Shown here: positions 9,568 through 19,781 of the stretch, one piece after another
Position numbering within the stretch: the stretch's first letter is position 1
Layout of the letters: each line of letters begins with the position of its first letter
NCBI GenBank assembly: GCA_037441705.1
Contig: JBBIRR010000017.1
Location: 10,699 to 74,698 of the forward strand
Source: Ignavibacteriales bacterium
GTDB lineage: Bacteria; Bacteroidota; Ignavibacteria; UBA10030; UBA6906
DNA length: 64,000 nt
Reading direction: 5' to 3'
The notes under the pieces: model-generated
The model's database searches: none
The model's input: only the letters and a program-made list of their open reading frames with translations
Told to the model about the DNA's origin: nothing
Made by a program: the position numbers and the translations under genes

Positions 9568-10335
9568 ATGATCCATACAATCTGCCGGGTCCTTGACCTC
9601 AACGAAGTTGCCGACAATATTTTCGTCCTCACATTTCATTCCCCGGAAATCGCTCCGCTGGTTCAGGCAGGACAGTTCATCAACATCAGAGTTGCCGACG
9701 GCACCGACCCGCTACTGCGCCGTCCGTTCAGTGTCTATCGCATCGAAGGGAATGCCGTTCAGATTGTCTTCAACGTTGTCGGAAAGGGTTCGGTTGCCCT
9801 GCGCGGCAAACGGCCCGGCGACGTTCTCGATGTGCTCGGGCCGTTGGGTGTTCCGTTTTCGCTCAACAGTCCGGACTTCGAGACGGCTGTTCTTGTGGGA
9901 GGGGGACTTGGCGTAGCTCCCCTTCCTCTTGCGACGCAGACGCTGCGCGCGTCCGGCAAACGCATCGTTACGTTTCTCGGTGCGCGGACGGCGAGTCAGC
10001 TCGTCGCGCAGCACCTCGACGGCGTGCAGGTTGCGACTGATGACGGCAGCAAAGGATTTCGCGGCACGGTCGTTGACCTGATGGCGACGATGCTTCCATC
10101 GCTCAAGGCTCAACATCCGAAGATCTTCGCGTGCGGGCCTACCTCGATGCTGCATGCACTCGCTGCCGTTGCGCTCAAAGAGGAAATCCCCTGCGAGGTT
10201 TCGCTCGAAGGCCCGATGGCCTGCGGCTTCGGCATTTGCCAGGGGTGTCCGGTGGAGCTGATCGGCGGGGAAAAGAAATACGGCTTGATGTGCAAAGACG
10301 GGCCGACGTTTGACGTACGAAGAATAAAGATTTGA
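9568..10335 (+). CDS. pyrK: Dihydroorotate dehydrogenase electron transfer subunit
   Basis: GQF, LRRPFS, GPLG, GGGLGVAP, ACGP, MACGFGICQGC...CKDGP (2Fe-2S ligands). Confidence 0.93.
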   Translation: MIHTICRVLDLNEVADNIFVLTFHSPEIAPLVQAGQFINIRVADGTDPLLRRPFSVYRIEGNAVQIVFNVVGKGSVALRGKRPGDVLDVLGPLGVPFSLNSPDFETAVLVGGGLGVAPLPLATQTLRASGKRIVTFLGARTASQLVAQHLDGVQVATDDGSKGFRGTVVDLMATMLPSLKAQHPKIFACGPTSMLHALAAVALKEEIPCEVSLEGPMACGFGICQGCPVELIGGEKKYGLMCKDGPTFDVRRIKI

Positions 10336-10336
10336 T

Positions 10337-11281
10337 ATGGTAAAAACCTCTGTTAGGATTGCAGGCGTAGAGTTCAAGAATCGTGTTCTTGTTGCCTCCG
10401 GAACGTACGGGTACGGTGACGACACGAAGGATATGGTGGATGTGAGCAAGTTGGGCGGGATTATCACGAAGTCGCTCTCGTTGAAACCGAGAGAAGGCAA
10501 TCCGCCGCCGCGCATTGTGGAAACCGCCAGCGGCATGCTCAACTCGATCGGCCTCGCCAATATCGGCGTGAGGAAGTTTGTCAGCGACAAGCTGCCCTTC
10601 CTTCGTACGGTCGACACCGCCGTCCTTGCAAACATTGCCGCCAGCTCCATCGAAGAGTACTGCGAGGTGCTGGACATCCTGGAACGAGAAGACGGCATTG
10701 ATGGATACGAAATCAATGTCTCCTGTCCCAACGTGCGCGAGGGAGGTTTGAGCTTCGGGACAAGCTGTTTGTTGGTAGAGGAGATCACGCGGCGCCTTCG
10801 GGCAAGAACGAAGCGCCTGTTAGCCATCAAGCTGACGCCCAACGTTACACACATTTCGGAGTTTGCCCGTGCGTGCGAAGCGGCGGGCGCTGATGCAATT
10901 TCGGTGATCAACACCGTGATCGGGATGGCGGTGAATATCAAGACGCGCAAGCCCATGCTCTCAACGGTCACCGGCGGGCTTTCGGGTCCCGCCATCAAGC
11001 CGATTGCCCTTGCCAAAGTCTTCGAAGCCTCAAAGGCCGTCAAGATTCCGATCTTCGGCATCGGCGGTATCATGAACGCCAACGATGCAATCGAGTTCCT
11101 GTTGGTCGGGGCCACTGCCGTGCAGGTGGGAACGGCGAACTACATTGATCCGGCTGCAGGCATCAAGATTGCTGATGGCATCCGGCAGTACTGCGAAGAG
11201 CGCGGCATCGCGGACGTCGGCGATCTCGTCGGCGCGCTCGATGCAAAGATGGAGTTCTCCGCCATCGCGAGTTGGCTGTAG
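10337..11281 (+). CDS. pyrD: Dihydroorotate dehydrogenase, class 1B catalytic subunit
   Basis: ASGT, GNPPPRI, MLNSIGLAN, NVSCPN, KLTPN, GGLSGPAIKP; adjacent to pyrK. Confidence 0.95.
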   Translation: MVKTSVRIAGVEFKNRVLVASGTYGYGDDTKDMVDVSKLGGIITKSLSLKPREGNPPPRIVETASGMLNSIGLANIGVRKFVSDKLPFLRTVDTAVLANIAASSIEEYCEVLDILEREDGIDGYEINVSCPNVREGGLSFGTSCLLVEEITRRLRARTKRLLAIKLTPNVTHISEFARACEAAGADAISVINTVIGMAVNIKTRKPMLSTVTGGLSGPAIKPIALAKVFEASKAVKIPIFGIGGIMNANDAIEFLLVGATAVQVGTANYIDPAAGIKIADGIRQYCEERGIADVGDLVGALDAKMEFSAIASWL

Positions 11282-11341
11282 CGCCGCAAGCCTATTCTAC
11301 CATCAACAATCCCAATCCATCAAATCACCTGACGTCCGGTT

Positions 11342-12655
11342 TTGTCGTTTGTGTCGGCACCAACTTATCACAGTACGCTGCGATATTTGTACGGACTTCA
11401 ACGGCGGGGAATGAAGTTCGGTCTCCGTAACATCCGACGCTTGCTGCGATCCGTGGGCAACCCCGAACGACGTTTGCGCACGATTCACGTTGGCGGCACA
11501 AACGGGAAAGGCTCCACCTCGGCTTTCCTTGCTTCGGTGTTTATCGAGGCAGGCTATCGCACCGGACTCTACACGTCGCCTCACCTCGTGCGATTCACCG
11601 AGCGTATCCGGATTAACGGTCAGGAAATCCCCGAAGATCGGCTCGTCGAATACGCTCGCCGGCTGCGACCGATGATCGAGGCGACGGGAGCGACCTTCTT
11701 CGAGGCGACAACCTGCATCGCGTTTCAGTACTTCGCCGATGAAGAGGTTGACATCGCGGTAATCGAAGTCGGTCTCGGGGGCAGGCTCGACTCAACAAAC
11801 GTGATTCTTCCCATGGTCAGCATTATTACCAACATTTCGTTGGAACATACGGAGTACCTCGGTACAACGCTGGTGCAGATTGCCCGCGAGAAGGGGGGCA
11901 TTATCAAGCCGGGTGTTCCGTGCGTCACCGGCGCAACGGAGCGATCTGTCCTTCGCACACTCGACAGAATTGCGGAGCGTCGTGGCACGCGTCTCTACGA
12001 GGTTGCTCGCCGTGTGCGCGTGAACGTACGGGATGCAAAGGCAAGGTTCGTGAGCTTTCGCGGCCGCCGGCTTACCATAAGCAACGTTTGCTTAGGGTTG
12101 GGGGGGACGTTTCAGGTGGCGAACGCTTGCACGGCAATGGCGGCACTGGACATTCTTCATTCACAAAGGCGTTTCAGATTCCGGTTCAGGCGAGTCGGTG
12201 CGAAGACGATAAGGAGCGGGTTCGAGCGGGTCGTGGAAAACACGCGTCTCCGCGGCCGGCTGGAAGCGGTTGGAAGAACCTTTCTGTTCGATGTTGCTCA
12301 CAATCCCGAAGGCATGCGTGCACTGGTTTCCGCGCTGCCCGCCGATGTGCGAAGAAACTGCGTTGCCGTATTCGGAGTTCTTCAGGACAAAGACTACAAA
12401 ACCATGTGTCGGTTGCTTGGTCCGGCAGTGCGGCACGTTGTTGTCGTCCGACCGCGCTCGCCGCGAGGTTTACCGACGTCACGGCTTGTTCAGGAGCTGC
12501 GGCGCCTCGGTGTGGCGCACTCGAGCGCAAGAACCGTCCGGCATGCCCTGGAACTTGCCAGGAGACTTGCCGGTTCTGAAAGTAGGATTCTTGTCACAGG
12601 CTCTCATTATCTTGTCGGAGAGGCCCTGGGGATTCTCGGTCAGCGAAATGCTTGA
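11342..12655 (+). CDS. folC: Bifunctional folylpolyglutamate synthase / dihydrofolate synthase
   Basis: HVGGTNGKGST, YTSPHL, TFFE, EVGLGGRLDSTN, EKGGIIK, DVAHN, GSHYLVG. Confidence 0.95.
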   Translation: MSFVSAPTYHSTLRYLYGLQRRGMKFGLRNIRRLLRSVGNPERRLRTIHVGGTNGKGSTSAFLASVFIEAGYRTGLYTSPHLVRFTERIRINGQEIPEDRLVEYARRLRPMIEATGATFFEATTCIAFQYFADEEVDIAVIEVGLGGRLDSTNVILPMVSIITNISLEHTEYLGTTLVQIAREKGGIIKPGVPCVTGATERSVLRTLDRIAERRGTRLYEVARRVRVNVRDAKARFVSFRGRRLTISNVCLGLGGTFQVANACTAMAALDILHSQRRFRFRFRRVGAKTIRSGFERVVENTRLRGRLEAVGRTFLFDVAHNPEGMRALVSALPADVRRNCVAVFGVLQDKDYKTMCRLLGPAVRHVVVVRPRSPRGLPTSRLVQELRRLGVAHSSARTVRHALELARRLAGSESRILVTGSHYLVGEALGILGQRNA

Positions 12656-12680
12656 CAATCAAAACCAAATCTCCTATATT
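12652..12680 (+). promoter_or_regulatory. Sigma70 promoter of rho
   Basis: TTGACA-N17-TATATT overlapping the folC stop; implies a leader of about 210 nt. Confidence 0.75.
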
Positions 12681-12897
12681 TTTTCCAGCAAAGAGGAATG
12701 TCCGAGGAGATACCCCACGGGAATTGATACTGGGGTTGCAGCGAGGGCTCCTTAGATACCACCTGTTCGAACTCATCAGTAAGTACTCATCCAACCATTA
12801 CTCTTCATTCGTTCTCCCCGATACGTTCTTCACGATGAGGTTCGAGGTCAACGTGTGAAGGGCACACAATGTTTTTTAGTAAGAGGATTTACATTCC

Positions 12898-14151
12898 ATG
12901 GCGATGGACATTGCAGAGCTGAAGTCAAAGAAGATAGCCGAGCTGAATCAGATCGCAAAGGAGCTGAACATCACCGGCTACAGCGATCTGCGCAAGCAAG
13001 AGCTGATCTTCAAGATTCTTGAAGCACAAACCGAGCAGGGAGGCCTGACCTTCAGCAAAGGCGTGCTGGAGGTGCTGCCCGACGGCTACGGCTTTCTGCG
13101 CAGTGTTGATTACAACTACCTTCCCTCACCCGACGACATCTACGTCTCGCCTTCCCAGATCAAGAAATTCAATCTGAGAACCGGTGACACCGTCAGCGGC
13201 CAGGTTCGACCGCCGAAGGAGGGGGAGCGGTTCTTCGCACTGCTGCGTGTGGAAGCCGTGAACGACGAAAATCCGGAGTTGATTCGTGAGCGCGTTCTCT
13301 TCGACAACCTCACGCCGCTCTATCCTAACGAGCAACTCAAACTGGAGACCGCGCCGGGCGAATATTCGATGCGCATCATGGATTTGCTGACGCCCATCGG
13401 CAAGGGGCAGCGCGGCATGATCGTGTCGCCGCCCAAGGCCGGCAAGACGATCCTGCTGCAGAAGATTGCCAACAGCATTTCACGCAATCATCCCGAAGTG
13501 AAGCTCATCGTCTTGCTGATCGATGAGCGCCCCGAGGAGGTCACGGATATGGAGCGGTCGGTCAACGCCGAAGTCGTCAGCTCGACGTTCGACGAGCCGC
13601 CGGAGCGTCACGTTCAGGTTGCCGATATGGTGTTGGAAAAGGCGAAGCGTCTCGTCGAGGCAAAGCGTGATGTTGTCGTGTTGCTGGATAGCATTACGCG
13701 TCTCGCGCGTGCGCACAATACCGTCGTTCCGCATTCCGGCAAGATTCTTTCCGGCGGCGTCGATGCCAATGCTCTGCACAAGCCGAAGCGATTCTTCGGG
13801 GCTGCCCGCAACATCGAAGAAGGGGGGAGCCTGACCATCGTCGCGACGGCGTTGATTGAGACCGGAAGCAGGATGGATGAGGTGATCTTTGAAGAGTTCA
13901 AGGGAACCGGTAACATGGAAATTGTGCTCGACCGGAAGCTGAGCGACAAGCGCATCTTCCCCGCCATTGACGTGAACCGCTCCGGGACACGCAAGGAGGA
14001 GCTGCTGCTCGATGCAGACGAGCTGAACCGCATCTGGGTTCTACGCAAGTTCCTCTCCGACTTCAACACGGTCGAGGCAATGGAATTCCTTCTGGAGAAA
14101 ATGCGGGGAACGAAATCCAACAAAGAATTCTTGAAATCGATGAATAGCTAA
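12898..14151 (+). CDS. rho: Transcription termination factor Rho (short form, no N-terminal insertion)
   Basis: [63 protein letters not shown]. Confidence 0.99.
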   Translation: MAMDIAELKSKKIAELNQIAKELNITGYSDLRKQELIFKILEAQTEQGGLTFSKGVLEVLPDGYGFLRSVDYNYLPSPDDIYVSPSQIKKFNLRTGDTVSGQVRPPKEGERFFALLRVEAVNDENPELIRERVLFDNLTPLYPNEQLKLETAPGEYSMRIMDLLTPIGKGQRGMIVSPPKAGKTILLQKIANSISRNHPEVKLIVLLIDERPEEVTDMERSVNAEVVSSTFDEPPERHVQVADMVLEKAKRLVEAKRDVVVLLDSITRLARAHNTVVPHSGKILSGGVDANALHKPKRFFGAARNIEEGGSLTIVATALIETGSRMDEVIFEEFKGTGNMEIVLDRKLSDKRIFPAIDVNRSGTRKEELLLDADELNRIWVLRKFLSDFNTVEAMEFLLEKMRGTKSNKEFLKSMNS

Positions 14152-14155
14152 GAAC

Positions 14156-15331
14156 ATGAACGAAGTCGTCATCGTCAGCGGGTGCAGAACGCCCATCGGA
14201 AGCTTTCGGGGTTCGCTCAGCTCCTTGCCGGCTCCGAGGCTCGGAGCAATCGTCATTCGCGAAGCGCTCAAGCGCGCGGGCATTGCGCCCGAAGCGGTGA
14301 ACGAAGTGATCATGGGAAATGTGATTCAAGCCGGCGTCGGTCAGGCACCTGCTCGTCAGGCTGCAATCTACGCCGGGCTTCCGGTTTCCGTCGAGTGTAT
14401 GACGGTGAACAAAGTCTGCGGCTCCGGCTTGAAGGCCGTGATGCTCGCGGCGCAAGCGATCATGCTCGGCGACGCGGATGTGGTTGTTGCCGGCGGAATG
14501 GAGAGCATGTCCAACGCACCCTACTTGTTGGACAAGGCTCGCTCAGGGTACAAGATGGGGCATGCTCAGATCTACGATGCGATGATGAAGGACGGCCTCC
14601 TCAATGCCTACGACGATACTGCGATGGGCATCGCCGCGGAGTTGTGTGCCAGAGAGTGCCGCGTCTCCCGCGAAGCCCAGGATGAGTTTGCCATCCTCAG
14701 CTACACACGAGCGCAAGAATCGCAGAAGACCGGCCGCTTTGCAAAGGAGATTGTTGGGGTTGAGGTCACTGAAGGGAAAGAGACGAAGGTGGTGCTGGAG
14801 GATGAGGATGTGTTCAAGACCGACTTCGCGAAAATCCCCAAACTGAAGTCGGCGTTCCAGAAAGATGGCAGCGTTACCGCCGCCAATTCCTCGAAGATCA
14901 ACGACGGCGCCGCCGCGCTGGTGTTGATGTCTGCGGAAAAAGCGAAGCAGCTCGGCATCAGGCCGCTGGCCCGAATCATCGCGCAGGCGTCGGCGGCAAA
15001 AGACCCGATGTGGTTTACCACCGCTCCGGCCGACGGTATCACCAAGGTGCTCAAGCGCGCTGGCATGACAAAGGACGATATTGATCTGTTCGAAATCAAC
15101 GAAGCCTTTGCTGTGGTTGCGATCGCGGTTAACACCATTCTGGGGTTAGATGTCAACAAAGTGAATGTCAACGGCGGGGCCGTTGCCCTCGGTCATCCGA
15201 TCGGTGCGAGCGGTGCACGCATTCTCGTTACACTTCTTCATGCGCTGGAGCAGCGCAACCTGAAACGAGGTCTTGCCGCCATCTGTATCGGCGGCGGCGA
15301 AGCCTCAGCACTCATTGTCGAACGCATCTGA
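14156..15331 (+). CDS. Acetyl-CoA C-acetyltransferase (thiolase)
   Basis: [34 protein letters not shown]. Confidence 0.96.
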   Translation: MNEVVIVSGCRTPIGSFRGSLSSLPAPRLGAIVIREALKRAGIAPEAVNEVIMGNVIQAGVGQAPARQAAIYAGLPVSVECMTVNKVCGSGLKAVMLAAQAIMLGDADVVVAGGMESMSNAPYLLDKARSGYKMGHAQIYDAMMKDGLLNAYDDTAMGIAAELCARECRVSREAQDEFAILSYTRAQESQKTGRFAKEIVGVEVTEGKETKVVLEDEDVFKTDFAKIPKLKSAFQKDGSVTAANSSKINDGAAALVLMSAEKAKQLGIRPLARIIAQASAAKDPMWFTTAPADGITKVLKRAGMTKDDIDLFEINEAFAVVAIAVNTILGLDVNKVNVNGGAVALGHPIGASGARILVTLLHALEQRNLKRGLAAICIGGGEASALIVERI

Positions 15332-15339
15332 ACCGGAGC

Positions 15340-16206
15340 GTGCCCTTGACTATCCAGAACGTTACAGTCATCGGTGCCGGCACGATGGGCAACGGCATTG
15401 CCCACGTGTTTGCGCAGTACGGATTCAACGTCATCCTCAACGACATCAAACAAGAATTTCTCGACAGAGCCAAAGCAACAATCTCGGCGAACCTCGACCG
15501 GCAGGTGAAGAAAGGCACGCTCACGGCCGAACGGAAGGACGAAACCCTGGGTCGCATAACCTTCTCGCTCGATCTCCGATCTGCTGCAGCACATGCCGAC
15601 ATTGTTGTGGAGGCCGCAACCGAGGACCGGCAAATCAAGAACGACATCTTCCGCACGCTCGATGCCGCCTGCAAGGCGGAGACTGTCCTCGCTTCCAACA
15701 CGTCCTCCATCTCCATCACCGAAATCGCCGCGGTCACGAAACGTCCCGACAAAGTGATCGGCATGCACTTCATGAATCCCGTGCCGGTGATGAAGCTTGT
15801 GGAAGTGATCAGGGGACTCGCGACATCGGATGCAACCCTTCAGACCGTCAAGCAGCTGGCGGAGAAACTGGAGAAGGTTCCTGTGGAGGTGAATGATTAT
15901 CCGGGATTCGTTTCCAACCGCGTCCTGCTTCCCATGTTGAACGAAGCGATGTACTGCGTGATGGAAGGTGTGGCAACCCCGGAGGCGATCGACACGGTCA
16001 TGAAACTCGGCATGAACCATCCCATGGGTCCGCTCACGCTCGCGGACTTCATCGGCCTTGATGTGTGTCTCTCGATCATGAACGTTCTGCATGACGGTCT
16101 GGGCGATCCGAAGTACCGACCGTGCCCGCTGCTGAAGAAGATGGTGGCCGCCGGGCATCTGGGAAGGAAGACGGGCAAGGGGTTTTACGAGTATCCAACG
16201 ACCTGA
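15340..16206 (+). CDS. hbd: 3-hydroxybutyryl-CoA dehydrogenase
   Basis: [42 protein letters not shown]. Confidence 0.93.
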   Translation: MPLTIQNVTVIGAGTMGNGIAHVFAQYGFNVILNDIKQEFLDRAKATISANLDRQVKKGTLTAERKDETLGRITFSLDLRSAAAHADIVVEAATEDRQIKNDIFRTLDAACKAETVLASNTSSISITEIAAVTKRPDKVIGMHFMNPVPVMKLVEVIRGLATSDATLQTVKQLAEKLEKVPVEVNDYPGFVSNRVLLPMLNEAMYCVMEGVATPEAIDTVMKLGMNHPMGPLTLADFIGLDVCLSIMNVLHDGLGDPKYRPCPLLKKMVAAGHLGRKTGKGFYEYPTT

Positions 16207-16232
16207 TCTGATTCCATCTCATCGAACAGACT

Positions 16233-17372
16233 ATGGAATTTGCCTTTTCTGAAACACATCAGATGATCCGCGAAACGGCGCGGAATTTTGCAGAAGAAAA
16301 GATTGCGCCAAACTCCATTGAACGGGACGAGAAGGAAGAGTTCCCGTACGATCTCGTCAAAGAAATGGGTGAGCTGGGCTTTATGGGTATGATGGTGCCG
16401 GAAGAGTGGGGAGGTGCCGGCCTTGACACCGTCAGCTATGTGATTGCGATGGAGGAGATTTCTCGCGTCGATGCTTCCTGCGGAGTCATCATGTCGGTCA
16501 ACAACTCGCTGGTCTGCTACGGCATTGAAAAATACGGCACGCGTGAGCAGAAGGAGCGATTCTTGCGTGACCTTGCCACGGGGCGCAAATTGGGCGCGTT
16601 TGCCCTTTCAGAACCCGAAGCGGGAAGTGATGCCTCGAATCAGAGAACTGTTGCAGTTAGGGATGGTGATTACTATATTCTGAACGGCACGAAGAACTGG
16701 ATCACCAACGGCTCGACTGCCGACCTCGTGCTGGTGATGGCTGCAACCGACAGAGCAAAAGGCGCAAAGGGCATCAGCACATTTGTTGTCGAGAAAGGCA
16801 CGCCGGGTTTTTTCGTTGCCAAGAAAGAAAAGAAGCTCGGCATCAGAAGCTCTGACACAGTCTCGCTCGCTTTTCAAGACGCAAGAGTTCCTGTTGCCAA
16901 CAGGATTGGAGAGGAGGGTGACGGCTTCAAGTTCGCGATGAAGACGCTCGAGGGAGGGCGTATCGGTATTGCAGCACAGGCTCTTGGTATTGCGCAAGCG
17001 TGTCTTGATGCCTCCATCAGCTACTCCAAACAGCGCAAAGCATTCGATCATCCCATTGCCGAGTTTCAGGCTATTCAGTTCAAGCTCGCGGAAATGGCAA
17101 CCAACATCGAGGCTGCGCGCATGCTCACGCTTCGAGCGGCGTTTCTCAAGGATGCAGGCCAACCTTACGGAGATGCAGCAGCGATGGCAAAACTGTTCGC
17201 CTCGAAAGTTGCGGTACACTCTGCGCTCGAAGCAATCCAAATTCACGGCGGGTACGGATACGTTCGCGAGTACCTGGTCGAGCGCTATCTACGGGATGCG
17301 AAGATCACGGAGATCTACGAGGGGACCTCGGAAATACAGCGAATAGTGATCTCGCGAGCCTTACTGAAATAA
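16233..17372 (+). CDS. Acyl-CoA dehydrogenase (short-chain/butyryl-CoA type)
   Basis: FALSEPEAGSDA, NGTKNWITN, GRIGIAAQALG, QIHGGYGY, IYEGTSEIQ. Confidence 0.95.
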   Translation: MEFAFSETHQMIRETARNFAEEKIAPNSIERDEKEEFPYDLVKEMGELGFMGMMVPEEWGGAGLDTVSYVIAMEEISRVDASCGVIMSVNNSLVCYGIEKYGTREQKERFLRDLATGRKLGAFALSEPEAGSDASNQRTVAVRDGDYYILNGTKNWITNGSTADLVLVMAATDRAKGAKGISTFVVEKGTPGFFVAKKEKKLGIRSSDTVSLAFQDARVPVANRIGEEGDGFKFAMKTLEGGRIGIAAQALGIAQACLDASISYSKQRKAFDHPIAEFQAIQFKLAEMATNIEAARMLTLRAAFLKDAGQPYGDAAAMAKLFASKVAVHSALEAIQIHGGYGYVREYLVERYLRDAKITEIYEGTSEIQRIVISRALLK

Positions 17373-17424
17373 AAGCCAGGGCAATCTAACCAACCAACAA
17401 CAAACAATCGTGTGGGGTATCAGT

Positions 17425-17949
17425 ATGAGACCTATTCGCTTTCTTCTAGTTCTGACGATGTTCGCCCTCGCCATTTGCGCGGGAACTGCTCGTGCCCAGA
17501 TGAAATGGAGTCTTGGTGGCAACGCGGGGATCTCCATCTATGACGGAGCTGCAGGTTTTCATATCGGACCGATGAGTGAAGTGATTTTCGGGAGGAATTT
17601 TGCGGTCGGTTCTGAATTCAATATCAACACGCAGGGCGGCACGCCCATTGAGTGGTTTGCCTACGGCAAGTACTACTTCGGAATTCCCGGAAGCAAGTTG
17701 CGGCCGTTCGCGAACTTCGGTCTTGCCCTGTACTTCTATACAGGCGGACCGTATTTTGGCATTCAGGGTGGAGGCGGAGTCAACATTCCTATTGCCAACA
17801 ACTTGTATATTGCGCCCGATATCCAATTCGGACCTGTCTTCGGTACCGGAGGTGCAAGCTACTTCGATCCTTTCTCTGGATTTGTTCAGGGGCAAAGTAG
17901 AACAGTATTCGCTGTTATTATCCGAGCTGGTATCCGGTACGAGATCTAA
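17425..17949 (+). CDS. Small outer-membrane beta-barrel protein
   Basis: Signal peptide ending ARA-Q, alternating amphipathic strands (LRPFANFGLALY), C-terminal beta-signal GIRYEI. Confidence 0.7.
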   Translation: MRPIRFLLVLTMFALAICAGTARAQMKWSLGGNAGISIYDGAAGFHIGPMSEVIFGRNFAVGSEFNINTQGGTPIEWFAYGKYYFGIPGSKLRPFANFGLALYFYTGGPYFGIQGGGGVNIPIANNLYIAPDIQFGPVFGTGGASYFDPFSGFVQGQSRTVFAVIIRAGIRYEI

Positions 17950-18008
17950 GCCTGAAGCCAGCACTACCCAATCACGAGGTCTGAATTCCCCGAAAGGAGG
18001 CTGTTGCT

Positions 18009-18698
18009 ATGCAGCGTGCGTTTTCGGTTGTCGCTACAGTTGTTCTTCTGGCAGCTCTCGCCGGCCAGGCAGTTTCTCAGGTGCAGTTTGGTATTGGTGT
18101 GAAAGCAGGATTGAGTCTCAGCTCAGCATCTGTTGACCCGGACCCTTATGCAGGGCTGCAGGCTCAGGGAATCAATAGCACAAAGTCAGGGGGAACCGGA
18201 TTTGGCGTTAGCGCGAACGCGGAGTTGTCCTTCGGCCGCATGTTTGCCGTAGCTGTCGAACCTGGATACACTCAGAAGTCTGTTAAATGGGAGCTTACAC
18301 AAGGTACAGCGCGGGCTACGGATGAACGAACGATCAGCTACCTGCAGATTCCTGTCCTGTTCCGCGTAAAGTTTATTGAAGGGACAGTGCGTCCCTACGC
18401 ATTTGTTGGACCGAACATTGGCCTCGTGCTGTCCTCGAAAGCAAAGTTCCAAGGCTTTGCTAACATACAGGACGGGGAATATGACGTGAAGAGTACGACT
18501 TCTTCGATTGATTTCGGACTTGAATTCGGTGGAGGCACGGAGTTCAAGGTGGCACGTCAGGTTGCACTGACAGGCGACATCCGATACAACCTTGGCTTAT
18601 CGAACCTGGATAACAGTCCTGCACAACAGGGGCAATCAGCCAGCGTCAAGTCAAGGAATTTCGTGATCCTGTTCGGCGTCTTATTCTTACTTGGTTGA
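18009..18698 (+). CDS. Porin-family / PorT-like outer-membrane beta-barrel protein
   Basis: Signal peptide, FGIGVKAGL, YLQIPVL, PYAFVGP, DFGL-FGGG and RYNLGLSN motifs. Confidence 0.78.
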   Translation: MQRAFSVVATVVLLAALAGQAVSQVQFGIGVKAGLSLSSASVDPDPYAGLQAQGINSTKSGGTGFGVSANAELSFGRMFAVAVEPGYTQKSVKWELTQGTARATDERTISYLQIPVLFRVKFIEGTVRPYAFVGPNIGLVLSSKAKFQGFANIQDGEYDVKSTTSSIDFGLEFGGGTEFKVARQVALTGDIRYNLGLSNLDNSPAQQGQSASVKSRNFVILFGVLFLLG

Positions 18699-18768
18699 TA
18701 AACAATGGATCATGGCCATGGAAAGCCTCCCAGAAAGACGAAACAATGGCTCGCGAACGACGGATTGC

Positions 18769-18797
18769 TTGACAAAGTAATGTGTTTTGTGTATACT
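18769..18797 (+). promoter_or_regulatory. Near-consensus sigma70 promoter of the third OMP gene
   Basis: TTGACA-N17-TATACT. Confidence 0.8.
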
Positions 18798-18868
18798 GTG
18801 GGCGGCTTTTATGGTCCGACCCGTTCATCACTAATCCATCATTATTCACAATAGAGGGGTAATCTCCA

Positions 18869-19480
18869 ATGAAAAAACTCTTGCTAGTAGTTGTTGCCCT
18901 TGCGCTGGTTAGCTTTGTGAGCGCAAGCTCGAACGCTGAAGGGAAAGTTGCCATCAGCGTTGGTGGGGACGTTCTGATTCCGATGGGAACGTTTGGCGAC
19001 GCGCAGTCTACAGGGTTTGGCGGGAGCGTGAGAGGTCAGTTCAATATCACCCCGATGTTTTCGGCTGGTCTCACTGCAGGGTACTTTACCTGGAGTGGAA
19101 AGGATCGGACTGTCGGCGGCATCACGGTAAAGGGTGGCACGTTCAAGGGCTTGCCCGTCCGAGCGTTCGGCAAGTACTACTTCATGCCGGAAACGGAGAA
19201 GGTTCGCTTCTACGGCATTGCAGAGCTTGGCATGTTCTTCGGGACGGTGGATGTCCCTGCGACAACTATCAATACTCCCCTTGGCCCTATCACCGTTGGC
19301 GGCGGTAGCGCCTCATCGACGGATTTCAACTATGCGCCGGGTGTCGGTGTGGAATTCGGCTTGGGCAGCGGCAACACCAAGCTCGATATCTCTGCTCGAT
19401 ATGATGGGATCGCGACCTCGGGAGGCTCCTCCGGAAGCCTTGGCGCCCGTGTTGGTGTCAACTTCGGCCTTGGCAACTAA
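18869..19480 (+). CDS. Outer-membrane beta-barrel protein (8-stranded type)
   Basis: MKKLLL signal peptide, PMGTF, GFGG, KYYF, APGVG, ARYD, terminal GVNF; GAGGGG RBS. Confidence 0.78.
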   Translation: MKKLLLVVVALALVSFVSASSNAEGKVAISVGGDVLIPMGTFGDAQSTGFGGSVRGQFNITPMFSAGLTAGYFTWSGKDRTVGGITVKGGTFKGLPVRAFGKYYFMPETEKVRFYGIAELGMFFGTVDVPATTINTPLGPITVGGGSASSTDFNYAPGVGVEFGLGSGNTKLDISARYDGIATSGGSSGSLGARVGVNFGLGN

Positions 19481-19503
19481 CAGAAGCTTGTCCCTACCAA
19501 ACT

Positions 19504-19530
19504 AAAGGAAGCCTTCGGGCTTCCTTTTTT
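19504..19530 (+). terminator. Intrinsic terminator after the OMP gene
   Basis: AAAGGAAGCC-TTCG-GGCTTCCTTT-TTT: cUUCGg tetraloop hairpin with U tract. Confidence 0.92.
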
Positions 19531-19662
19531 GTTTGTGCCTATGTCCATGTTCTCCTGCCGGGTCGTTGGCTGCTTTGGTGCGACGAACCAACAAGAATGG
19601 AAGAAGCCAAGAAATCGCCGCAGCAGATCCACGAATTGATGTTGTCATGATGTCCCAAGTTA

Positions 19663-19691
19663 TTGCAATGCGCCCGCCTTTTTTATATACT
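19663..19691 (+). promoter_or_regulatory. Putative sigma70 promoter upstream of lemA
   Basis: TTGCAA-N17-TATACT. Confidence 0.6.
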
Positions 19692-19712
19692 TTGGTCGTA
19701 TGATTCTATATC

Positions 19713-19744
19713 GGAAGGAAGTCATGCTGGCTTCCTTTCTTTTT
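19713..19744 (+). terminator. Terminator-like hairpin inside the lemA leader
   Basis: GGAAGGAAGTC-ATGCT-GGCTTCCTTTC followed by TTTTT. Confidence 0.5.
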
Positions 19745-19781
19745 GTCGCTCATCAAACATCCACCTCAACAAGGTATCCTC

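Noticed and set aside
9712-11115. Long antisense ORF (467 aa) opposite pyrK/pyrD, and similar ones at 30342-31622, 15238-16158 and 48140-49108
   Set aside because: Shadow ORFs expected in GC-rich coding DNA; they have no recognisable motifs and fully overlap well-supported genes.
19541-19639. Short ORF (MSMFSCRVVG...) between the OMP terminator and the lemA promoter
   Set aside because: No RBS or promoter, lies directly behind a strong terminator, and has no recognisable features.
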